This document shows positions 1 through 11,254 of a DNA stretch of 64,000 nucleotides, piece after piece. A model generated the notes under the pieces. The model was not told the origin of the DNA and made no database searches. It worked only from the letters and a program-made list of their open reading frames with translations. The stretch comes from Peribolospora baueri (Eukaryota), in contig JAMDHS010000102.1 of assembly GCA_029717555.1 (NCBI GenBank), positions 1 through 64,000 of the forward strand. Direction: 5' to 3'. Each line of letters starts with the position of its first letter. The first letter of the stretch is position 1. Made by a program: the position numbers and the translations under genes.

Positions 1-1947
1 CATCGATGATCCCCGCAATGGTATTGGCAATCGTAGATTTGCCGGAGCCAGCGAGTCCGGTGATCCAAAAGACTTGGCTGCCCTGGAGATCCCGAGTCCA
101 GTTCCGGACTTGTTCCACGATTTCGGTTCGCGTGCCCGGGAGACACGACCGGCCCCGATCGTACTCGGCTAGCTCGGCACGAGGGAGGTGCTCCAGCCAT
201 TCTGCCCATTCTGTTCGGGGAGCATAAAGTCAGGATTACAATAATTAAGTAGGAACTAAGCAAGTTCTCAAGGAGACTGTGCCATGCGCAGACAGAATAC
301 ACGAACCCTTCTCTTGGTCCTCGCGTCGATGCTCGGATATTCCGGCAGCAATCTCCCGGGCGGCAGCAGCGCTCTCCATGTTGACAGCGATTTGGAACCG
401 CGCAGTGATTTTTCGAAATTGTTCCTCGCACGCAGCGATCTTGGTGCTGTCTTCAGTGCTCAAAACAACGCGAATAACACGCTCTATAGGCAGATTGCGA
501 GGCGAGTCAGCCAACGCCGCGCTCGCCGAGAGGAAGCCCGGAACTCACTCCAATAGGCCCGCTGTCCGCTCTGCTTGATTAGCATGGCGCATTCTTTCAT
601 GGCCTTGATCATGTCCCTCACTGTATCTTTCAATAGAGCGATCGTGGCCCAACGCTCGGCTTCGTTGATCCAATGGCTCATCTGCTGGATCTGGTCACCT
701 AGGCCTTTGAGTTGTTCATCCAGCTGCGCCTGCTGCCGGAGCACCTGTTGCAAGAGAGGCATCATGTCCGCACGACATTTCGTTATCAGCTGAAACAAAG
801 GTGCTCGAAGCACATTCTGCAAAGACGTACCCGGTAGGCGGCTGTGACAATGCCCCAGGCCAGCTTGGCTGCAGGGTGAAGCTGCGCGCACGACATGGCA
901 AGTCAGGAAGCGTGGTAGCGACGGCTACGCTCAATTCCCCTACCGTAAGAGCTCACATCTGCAGTGGCGTCTCCAATTTGGACGAAGCGGTCGACAAAAC
1001 CTAAGAACTTGTCGAGGGGCGCCCATTCTACGACGGCGTTGAGTTCAGAAAGATATGTGTCGACTTGGGCGGAAACTTGCACGGCCGTTTGCTCCGAAGC
1101 ATCGAACCTAGCAAAAGGCAGGCCGCTACGCTCCAAGCTTTCGAGAGCTGACGCAGTCTCGGGCACTAGGTCCACGGACTTGCCGCTCAGTCGACGAATC
1201 GAAAACTCGAGCTGGCCCTTGGCCTGGCCCCCCTCAACTAACGGATCGTCATGCAAGGATAACTGGCACATCTGCACTTGAGGATCAGCTTCAAGAAAAA
1301 AGGCCGAAGCTCGCCGAGTAATGAGAACGTGGCCCAGCGTTCGAAACTTGAGAAATGTAACGCGCTCACACTCAGGAATCTCGTCTAAGTTCAGGTCCAT
1401 GCGGACGGCACCTAAGAACTCGTGCCTTTCCGCCCTGCCTCCAGCTTGACGAAACACTCTTAGTTCTAAGCACGCATGATCGGACACCCTAAAGATCGAC
1501 AGAAGATTTGCGAGAAGCGCAAGCGGGAGTGTAGGTCAGCGATGGGAATGGCAAATGCGTGGAAGTGGAAAGAATGGCTCACGTGAGGTCAAATTCTTTA
1601 TCCCACTCAGGGACCTTGCTTTTCAAGGTCTGCGTTTCTACAGGAGCGCCTGCAGAGAACGCCTGCAGTCCGTCAAGAAAGATGCGAACAAAGGCTTCTG
1701 GTCGATGGGCGACCAAACCACTTTTCCAAACCGGAAGTCCGGTTGCGCGGCGCACTGGGAGTGAGTGAGTTTGAGAACAGAAAACAGCTCATTCGAAGGC
1801 GGAGCAGCGACGTTGAAAGCCATTCTGTGGAATGGTGCGGGGAAGAGAGAGGTCTGGATACGTACCATGGACTCTGATGGTGAGGCGGGATTGTAGCGAC
1901 ATGGATGCGGTGATCAACTCGGTCGGTCCGAGATCGTCAATAGCCAT
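1..1947 (-). CDS. Fungal NLR: N-terminal C2 domain, helical linker domain and NACHT NTPase; multi-exon, runs off the window start
   Basis: Spliced translation gives LTIRVHVRRATGLP..PEAFVRI..KVPEWDKEFDL..LELRVF..HEFLGAVRMDL (C2-like), then LHPAAKLAWGIVTAAYR, then at ~1-210 CLPGTRTEIVEQVRNW..VFWITGLAGSGKSTIANTIA (NACHT Walker A at 32-58). Start is ATG 1947 or 1902. Confidence 0.85.
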
Positions 1948-2700
1948 GGCCTCGGGGGAGTGGAAGGAGGTCAAAGTCTGCCAGTTACGCTCGTTGATGT
2001 GAAAAGGAGGAAGCCGTCTGGATGGAGGGCCGTCATCGCCTTGTTAATCGCAGCAGCAGTGCGGGGCACCACCGCCTTGACAAGGAGCCTCGTATAGCGC
2101 AACTTGGACAACGTGCACGTGCCATCGAAGTGTTGCGCACTTCCTCACGCTAGACTGGGCGATGAAGCACGTGCCGGGCGTTACCGTAATGGAAGGGCGG
2201 TGACGTGGCCGGTGTTTCTCGTTATTTCAACCATGCCTGTTGGCGTTCAGACGACGCGAAGGGCATGAAGCGGACGGTCCGCCACACCCACTCTACCTTG
2301 TATGACACCGAAGGGGCGTCGAGGTATACGGCTCTGATCTTTTCTTTTTCCTTTTACCTTTTGTGTGTGTGTGTATGTGTTTGCGTCTTGGACTTGGCCT
2401 GTGTCTCTCGATCTTTTTTATCCCTTTTTTTCTCTCTACATTGCCTAGTCTGGTGCCTTTGTGGGATCAACAAGAGACTAGGGACAGTAAGTGAAAACCT
2501 TACACCTGGCGAACAGATGAATACCGGAAAGACAAGACCGGAGAGAGAACAGCCGAACAGAAGGAAAGGCAAGTCGGAAGGAGAAACGGCGAAGCGGCAA
2601 TTGGTCGCCGAGCCCGGTTGGTTCCCTGCCGGCCGGCTGGATGAGTTCACCGCTATGACGGGGAGCGGGAGTCGAGATGGTGGTTTTTTTTTTTTTCTTT

Positions 2701-2955
2701 GACGGTGGTAACGCGCCGTCAACGCGGAGACTTTACGGGCGTACCGACGCGGGGCGACGGGAGGGAGAGCGCAGCGCTCCCGTCACAAGCAGGCGCTTGC
2801 CCTCTACCGTTACCGGTATTACACCTTGTGCGCCCTTGCTCACTAGCCCTTGAATCCTTGAACCCTTGATTTCCCTTGCCCTAGTAACCTTGTCCCTGTC
2901 ACTCTCGTCGTACACGGCACGGTAGGCACGTTCATCACACCGCGTTACCCACGTC
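2701..2955. repeat. ~255-bp segment bounded by imperfect 15-bp inverted repeats (MITE-like or element end)
   Basis: GACGGTGGTAACGCG (2701-2715) vs CGCGTTACCCACGTC (2941-2955), 13/15 complementary. Clustered CGTTAC/GTAACG hexamers and CCTTG repeats lie inside and next to it. Confidence 0.4.
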
Positions 2956-4605
2956 GTTACGCCGTTACATATACTCTAGGTGTTGATAGATACAATCGAC
3001 AGCGTCGGTCAGCTCATCGCTGACCTTTCACATAAAGTATCTTATCCCTTTTTCCAAAAGTTGCCCTGCTCTGTAAGGCACGCCTTTGCAGATTTTCACC
3101 TCTGTTAAGAGTTTGAACTCTCTAGCGTTACCTCTAACTTGTCCAAGTGGAGCGTCACTCCGCGTCTGCAGTACCGGTGATGAGAGCATACACGTGCAAA
3201 TAAAGTCTGGTCAGGTAAGGACCTCGTGTGCCAGCGGTGGTGTGCGCGACAGCCACCTACCCAGCGGCCACATTGTTCCTCTGCCCTTGAGTTTGGGAAG
3301 CCACACGTTTGCCGCAACGGTGGCCTGTCCGTCGCTGGTGTGGACCAAAACGAAATCGATATCCTGGCAAACGGCGGAAAGCACCATCTTGACGGGATCA
3401 GAGGCCAGATTCACGCATGTATGCGGTGCGAGGAGAGGCAGAGCAGACTCTTACCCTCCAGCGCAGCGCCTCGTTTGGGTAAGTGGCAGTGGCGAGGATT
3501 TCCGACGGCCTGCCCGAGGTGAACGGCATAAGGAGGGCCGCGCATGCAAAGGCGAGCCTCTCGTACATCCATCGATTCCCTTCTCGGTCCTCGATCGTCT
3601 TCCCCTCACTCGTACACGCTTCGGAAGGCGGCCGCGTCGCTCCATATGCCGGCAAAGATCGCCATGCAGTCGGAGATGGAGGGAATCGGCTTGGCCTGCA
3701 TGGCAGTCCCGAGATTGTTCTCGGGGACGACGACCGATTTCAAATATTGCGAGCCAGAGGAGATGAAGCAGAGGTTAGAGCAGCCGGGATGAGAGGCCAT
3801 AGCGGAGATGAGAAGCGGCGCACATCCAAAACTTCGGACTTGACGTGCATTGGTACCATGATGTTCGTTTGACGACGATACTGTGGCGACGGAGAGTGGC
3901 ATTTCGAACTCTAGTTGAGCGGCGATGCCGGTCGGTAACAAGACGGTGAGCCTGTGCAGGCTCACCATGGCGAAGGCGACGTGCGTCATGTGGATCAAGG
4001 TGCTCCGGCGTCATCGTTGTCACCGTCCTGTTCATTGTCCGCGCGTTCATTGTCGTACTCGGGGAGTTCCGGTCGCCTCTCGCGGCCCCCTCCAAACGTA
4101 CCGAGAGTTATAGTTTCAACGGCGGGGTAAGACAGGAAAGCCGCCGAGATGTCACGACGGCGACGGTGAGGAAGGACTGGTGGTCACGCTCAGTCCTCAT
4201 GGAGTGAGTCGTCATATGAACTTGTCCCTTGAGAGAGTCCACGAGCTCTCGTGGTTGGTTGACCTGTCGCTTCGCTCGCTTTTCCTGTAGCTTTGCGTAC
4301 CGCCTGTCAAAGCTAGTCTCGGCCTCCTCCTCGGCCACACGTTTGTTAGGACCTTGAACGAGCATGCCCCTGCTTAAATAACACGTGGCATATCCCCATG
4401 ACACGACCATACGCTTCTCCAACGACGATCTCTAACTCGATATTCCGCAACTCTTCCATGGGAATCGGAGGATGAATCAAGATTATGGTCGTCGGAGAGG
4501 TGTAGAGTACAGCGATGAGACGGGCCGATGGAAATTCGCCGAGGATGCTGTTCTACGCCTTGGCCTTGCCTTTTCCTTTCCCCTTTGCGGCCGCCTTGCC
4601 CTTTT

Positions 4606-5845
4606 TCAGAGTCGTTGGATTGGACGACTCGCCTTGAGAAGCAGCAGCAGCAGCGTCGCCTCCTTCCCCTTCCTCGTCGGCCTCCTTTGCTTTGTCGGCT
4701 GCTTTTGCCGCCTCTTGCCCTTCTGGGTGACAAGGTGGAGCGAGTGAAAGTCGCCGCGCCGGTGCTGCAGGGCTTTATTGGCCTTGGACTTGTTGTCGCC
4801 ATAAAAAAGGTCGAAGCGGTGCTCGACGATCAAATGGTTGACAAAATCGAGAGCCGTGGAGCGCTTGCGGCGGTTGCACACGGGGAAGGGGGCCACACGC
4901 GGCCAAAGTCATCGACAGACTCGAGGGGGAGGAGGTGCACGCGGACGATGTGTTCGTTGAGGCTACGGTAGTCAGTCCACCTAGTAGACAAGGGACGCGG
5001 GGCGGTTCAGAGAGCGGGCGGCGCTTATTGGGAAAGGGGGAACGAAGAAACTCACTGGGCCAAGCGGTCGTCGGCCTCGATGTCCTCCTCGGTGGCAAGG
5101 CAGTGCGGGCAGTAGCCAGGGCGGTAGACAAAACCGTAATTTTCGTCGACCTGGGTGGTGGTGGCTGTCTTGAAAAAGTCCATAATCTCCTTCTCACGAT
5201 ACCGCATGGTCCTCCCACTCCTTTGTGCCGTGGATCCTAGCGGCGGTGAAAGGAAGCTTAGGGGTCTGCGTGCACGCGTGCCGACCCGCGAGGAGGACTC
5301 TAGGACTCACCATTGGTAGCAGATATAACAGTACTCTGTCACGGTGAGAGCCACGTTGTTTCCCGCCGTAAACTCGAGATCATGGATGCGTGCGAGGTGC
5401 GACCTGAACCTGGAATTGCTGTTCACTCTCTCCTCGCAATCGGGCACGATGCAGCTGACGGTCTTGCCCTTCGAGCACTGCGCCTTGACGTAGGACGCGT
5501 GAAGGTCGCCGTGCCGAGCTTGGCTGTGAAAGTCCTTGATTTCAGCGCTGGCGACGGCACGTGGAGCCGAGGACGGGGCTGGCCTTTGACGATGGCCGCC
5601 GACTTTTTGGCGTCAAACGCCGCGGCTGCTGACAGGCGCGCGCATATATGGACGTGTTTGCGGGCGGCGACCTCATTCGAGGGCAGTACGACGCCACCAC
5701 CCTCGCCCATGTCGGTGGACTTTTTGCAGACGGTGAACGGGCATCGACGGTTCTTGAAGATAAGCTCGCCGGGATAGAAGCGCTCCACCGGCAGGTAGTC
5801 TGGGTCGAGCATTGCATCGATCTGAGCGGCGGGCAAATTGGGCAC
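4606..5845 (-). pseudogene. Decayed multi-zinc-finger protein resembling the C-terminal half of DUF3435 ('FluG/C2H2 finger domain') transposon-like proteins
   Basis: Motifs lie in shifting frames: FYPGE..RCPFTVC..RKHVHIC; CIVPDCEERVNSNSRFRSHLARIH; EYCYICYQW|IHGTKEWEDH (intron 5237-5310, in-frame stop at 5194-5196); WTDYRSLNEHIVRVH; PFPVC..DFVNHLIVEH. The family assignment rests on recalled motif order, not a search. Confidence 0.6.
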
Positions 5846-6119
5846 TGCTGCGCCGTCACGGAAGGTGACGGGTCACGAGGCTGGGATGCGATGCCCCTAG
5901 AGGCCCCAGGGCGTGGACGCCCCTTTTTTTTTCCCTCAGTGAGAGCGAGCCAAGACAGAGCACAAATGAACACGGTCGAGGTGGACAGTACGTTTTCATC
6001 GGAAGCTATCGCCATGTAACGGCGTGTGACAGGATCAGTGCGGAGACTCCGCCGCCCGCAAGGGCCGACCGACCCCTCCAAGGCCGGTCACGTGCTACCA
6101 TGTGCATAGAGACGTCGTC

Positions 6120-6244
6120 GCGGAATATCGTAGAATATCCGTCCCGCGTTAGCCATGGACGGATATCCACGGCGAACGCCGCGGACGCCGTGGACGGATA
6201 TTCTGTTATCCATCCGCGGCTAACGCCGTGGATGTATATTCCGC
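6120..6244. repeat. Nested inverted-repeat module
   Basis: GCGGAATAT 6120-6128 / ATATTCCGC 6236-6244; AGAATATCCGTCC 6132-6144 / GGACGGATATTCT 6192-6204; GCGTTAGCC 6146-6154 / GGCTAACGC 6218-6226. Confidence 0.7.
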
Positions 6245-6605
6245 AATCCAATTTCTCGATCGCGCCGCAGTCCGGAGAAGCGCGGCGGAAGCGTGGAGGC
6301 CAGTGCGGGGGCGAACTGACTACTTAAGCGGATGGGATGACACGGGTCAGGACAGTTGATGATAAGAGAGGACAGGACAGAAGACCAGGGAAGGACAGTG
6401 ACTCTTGTCTCTTGTCCTCATCCTCTTTACACCCTGACCCACAGAGAGTGAAGAGAGCAAGCGCCGGCGTAAGCGAGCGCCGCCGCGGCTCGCTCCGGGA
6501 CCAACTACCTCTCACCCACCAAGCACAAGGACAACCGCCAGGGCATCGTACATCTCCTGGCGCTCGAGGACTATCTCTCGCCCGCTTCGCTGCTCTCCTC
6601 CCACG

Positions 6606-9547
6606 ATGATGCTCTCTATTGGCGTACCATCCTCGCTCGCCGCTCGCGCTAGCAGGGGAAGCGAAGACCGTCTCCCGCCGGGTATGCTCCTCGTCTGCTG
6701 CCTCTGCGCCGCCTTCGCCACATGCTTGAGCTTCTACAGCATCTGGACGCACCTCAAAAACTACAGGAAGCCGCAATTGCAGAGACAAGTCGTTCGGTTG
6801 TTGCTGATGTGAGGCTTGCCCCGCGAGCAACGGATCAGACTGCCGGTTGCGATGCCCGCCCGGCGATGTGCCGCCGCGATGGGGAGCCCTGACCACTCCC
6901 TCTCCCCCTCTCTCTTCCTTCTTGGCTGCTTGTCTTCAGGGTGCCCATCTACGCAATTGCCTCTGTTATCTCGCTTCTCGATTTGGAGATCGCATTTTTT
7001 GTCGACCTCGTCCGCGACCTCTACGAGGTAAGTCGCCCCCTTCCTTGGCGTCCCGTTCTCCGGTGTGATGCGCGTACGGTGAAGTTGATGATCCTCCCAT
7101 CTCTCCTTGTTAGGCTTTTGTCATCTACTGCTTCTTCAACCTCCTCATCTCCTACCTGTGAGTTTTGCAGTCCTTTTTCCAAGCCCAAAGCCCGCCTCAT
7201 TGCCGTCTATTTTCCGTGCTTTGTGAACGCACGCCCCCTCCCGTTCGATCCTCCATTTAGCGGCGGCGAGCGCTCGTTGCTCATTCGCTATCACGGCCGC
7301 CCTCCCCAACCACACCTCTTTCCTGTCAACATCTTCCTTCCACCCTTGGACCTCTCCGACCCTTATACCTTCTTGGCTCTTAAGCGCGGGATCTTGCGTG
7401 AGTCACCCCCCTCTTTCTTGTTGCCAGGCCTTTGAGGATGTGTATCTCCGTTATTCTCGAGCGTCCTTTTAAGCTACGTTCCCCGCGGCGTTTTCTTCCC
7501 TTTCTCCACTCGAAATCTGCCTCCATCAGAATACGTTCAAGTGAAACCAGTGCTCGCGGTTGCCACCATTATCCTCAAGGCCTCTGACGCGTACGGCGAC
7601 GGTCGGATCGCTGTCAATAACGGATATACATGGGTTAGCTTGATTTACAGTGAGTTCGGCCTGCTTCCTCCGCTTCGGTGCCCTTGTCGTTGTTGGAGCC
7701 GCAAGGGTCGAGTGACGTCATCCCAATGCCAAAGCTCACTTGATGTCATTACTCTTCACTACTCCCCTTTGTATTCCCTCCGCATCTCAGATGCCAGCGT
7801 CTGCGTATCTCTCTACAGCCTCGCCATGTTTTGGGCATGCACCAACGAGGACCTCCAGCCTTTTCGTCCGATGCCCAAGTTTTTGTGTGTCAAGGGTGCG
7901 TCCTTTTGACCTTTCATTCGATTTGCGCTCCTCTCCAAGCCTGAACATGAGCATTTTCTTGTCGCTGTCGTGCGCTTTCTTCCGAATCGCAGGAATTATC
8001 TTCTTCTCCTTCTGGCAGGGCCTCTTTATCTCCATTCTCGTCTCTCTTGGGGCGATCAAGTCGAGTGGGCTTAGTGTCTCTCTATTATCGTGAATCCACC
8101 ACAGTGAGGCCCTTTTCAAAGCTGACCTCTCACTCCTCTCTTCGTCTTTCTTCTCTCCCACGCCACCCGTATAGTTGGCCCCGTCGAAGACGACGAGCAC
8201 CTCTCGATCGCCATCCAAGACGCGCTCATCTCCTTTGAGATGCCCTTATTCGCCTTACTCCACCTATATGCCTTCTCCTACAAGGACTACGTCGACCATT
8301 CCGCCACCTTGGTCGCTCGTCTCCCTGTCTATTACGCCTTGCGCGACGCGGTGGGTCTGTACGATGTCTTCAACGACTCGCTTACCACCATCAGAGGCAC
8401 AGGCTACGACTACCAGACGTTCGAGCCCGCTGAGGGCGTCGTCCCGCACGGCCTGGCGAGGGACAGGAGGGCCCGCGCCGGCTTGAGGTATTCCCGCGGA
8501 GGAAAGCACAAGTACTGGCTCCCTCAGCCTGTAAACGGCGTCGGCGTCGGTGAAGACTCTGCGCTGATCCCGCCCCCCGGCTCTCCCTCTTCTTCTGGAG
8601 CCGCTGGAGTGGAAGGGCCGCCCACGGTTTCCAGGGAGACATTGGCGCGGGACGTGGGCAACTTGCGCGTCGGACCGATCACCGCTGTGCGCAGGTTACT
8701 CGACGAGCGCAGGTTGGCCAGACAAGGATACGCTCCACTCTTCCCCGATCAAGCGCGGGAGGTCGTGCATGCGGACCCTGAGCTGACCAAGGACGGCGGG
8801 GAGGACGGTCGAAACCGAGGAAGGAGGACGAGCGACTCGGCCGGCGACGATGGCGCGTCGGTCACGTTCGATGACCCCCAGGACGAAGAGGAGACGTTGT
8901 ACGAGCGTTCGCGCAGGTTTGCGTATGGCGACTACGCCTATCCTAACGTCGACATCAGTCGAGAGGAGCGACAGAGGCTAGAGAGGTCCCGAGAGGACGA
9001 GGTGCTGTCTGGACGGGCGAGGCGGAAGGCGGTTGCCAGCTCGAGCGGCGTCGGCGGTGGCGCTTCTGCTGCAGTCGCTCAAAAGGGAAAGGGAAGACAA
9101 GAGGCGGACGAGGCGAGTGAGCAGGGAAGCGCCAGCACCATCGCCACCGCTATGTCCTCCAGCACCCGGCCATCTCACCTAGCTGAATCGGCCAAAGAGA
9201 CGAGGCGGGCCTTTTGGGCAGCGTGGGATGACGAAGCAGAGGAGCATGCCGGAGACTACGAGTCTTCGCCGGATGGGAAGAGCAAGGACGACCAAGGCCG
9301 AACTTTCACGGACAAGGGAGAACAACGACATGCCATCAATGGGGTATCAGGGAACAGAAATCACGCTGGTCAAGGTGGTGCCAGTAACGACTCTCGACCA
9401 TTCGACGCCGACGCGGGCGTCAACGATGATGAGGCGAGAGCGTGCGAGAACGACTCGAACGGGCCAGAGGAAGTCTCCAGCCCCTCGACGGCTTATGCTT
9501 GGCATAGAGATGACCAGGGAGACGAACAGGAGAACCCTTGGCGATGA
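6606..9547 (+). CDS. HFL1: TMEM184/OST-alpha (DUF300) family membrane protein, Hfl1-like; multi-exon
   Basis: HLKNYRKPQLQRQVVRLLLM|VPIYAI, DLVRDLYE, DPYTFLALKRGIL, FRPMPKFLCVKG IIFFSFWQ, FEMPLFALLHLYAFSYKDY; GT-AG introns. Confidence 0.88.
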
Positions 9548-11254
9548 TCAACGACGCCGTTCGCAATGGCTTCTTCTTTGGCGCATATCTCCACCTCGGC
9601 TTCTGCGCATCCTTTCCTCGCCGCTCTCGTCTCCTTTGCCCAACCTCATTTCTTCTCTTCGGCTGAGTTCTGGCTCTCCCCAGCAGTTTTTTTATTAGCC
9701 GCAGTTTTTTTCAAAACGTCCATTGTTCGAACTACATCTACAATTAGCTGTCCTCCTTTTCTCGCTCCTTCACTGTCGCATGCTTTTGCTTTCATCATAT
9801 TCGCGTACATCGTCATACGAGTGCATCGAGACATTGCGGGAATGTCCCCGGCCAGCGGGAAAGGGGAGAGGTACGGCATAACTGGCCATTACAGACTACG
9901 GAGTACATTCGGATCATGACACATAAGAGTTCGGACGTGAGCGTGCTCGAGACATGAAAATGAGACGCTGCTTAGAAGAAACTAGCATAAAGCTTAGGCG
10001 AGCACCAGAAAGGATGTGGCAACGACAGTGGAACGAGCTCTGGGTACTCCGACGTCGACCCTGGCTGGGCGTCAGACTCGTATCGGAGCCGGGCTCTCGA
10101 CGCGGACCCTCCCAACTCCACCGCCACGCCGGCCGGCTCCGGCTCCTTGCCATTCGCGCCCACCCTGCCCTTCGGCCCACGGAGATGCGTGTGCGTCTGC
10201 GGAGACGAAGGACGACAGCGGTGGGGCCAGCTTGACCTTCATGGGCTTGAAGACTGACTGAGACAGAAACATGAAATGCTTGACGTCGCCGTACCGCTTC
10301 GGCGTCTTAAAGTCTAAGCAGACCGGAACAAAAGTTTGTAAGTGCGATCCTTAAACGGGGACGACCGGAAAAAAAACGAAACCCACTGGACATAGCGAAT
10401 TGGACCGATTCAGTGGTCGACCAGAAGAATTGGCTTTGTAGTAGCACCGCCTTGGCCTGACTTCAAACTCGAAGAACCGCTAGAGGCCGCTATTTCCTGC
10501 TCTTGCAGCTCGAGCTCCCATTCGCCTTCCATGGCCGTGGCGATGGGCTGGGACGGTGGCCAGACTTGTAGCGACGGGTATTTTCTCCACGCCTCTGAGC
10601 TCTTGCATGACAGGACGGGATATACCATTGACAGCAGACGGTGAAAGTTGACGAGAGGCTCGGGCGTGCGCAGTTCTTCCCCTTCATCTATAGTCTGATC
10701 AATGACGACGGAGGAGCGGGACACCACCAGCTTCCTGAAAGTCGTCGGCTTGCCGACCGTCACGACTGAGGCTGGCGTACGCCGGGCGCAGAGTCGCTGG
10801 AATCGATACTGCAACCGGGGTCGAGGCCGGACCACATGCTTGAACGCTCCTCCGAGGCGGGCCGTCGAAGGCGATGAGGGCGGTGGGGTATCTGGAGGCA
10901 CAAAACTTGCGTTCATCGCGAGAACGTTGGACGTCGACACGAAGCGCGACCTGCGTCCGAGAGAGTTACGTTTGCTGGCCGACACCGGTCGACTGAAGGT
11001 CGGCCGGCGGAAAGCTGTGAGAACGACGAACAAGGGCGTTTCGGTCAAACCACGCAGTCGCAAGTCAAAGCGAGTCTTCTCAGGAACTCACAAGTATCCG
11101 CTTCCCCTTCTCCACGCAGACATTCGCCACTTCTCGGCGACGAGTTTGGCGAATCGACAGCCCCGATGGCTCTCTCTGCCAGCAACACCACATGCTTCCT
11201 CTCCGCCAGAGGTGACCGCGCTTTCTCGACTCGCTCCACAGTCGCACCCGTAGT

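Noticed and set aside
3000..4600. Coding-looking fragments with scattered stops next to the zinc-finger relic
   Set aside because: I could not assign a family. They may be further decayed parts of the same element.
9914..11253. ORFs of up to 217 aa between the TMEM184 gene and the large ORF
   Set aside because: No recognisable motif or convincing splice model. A small gene cannot be excluded.
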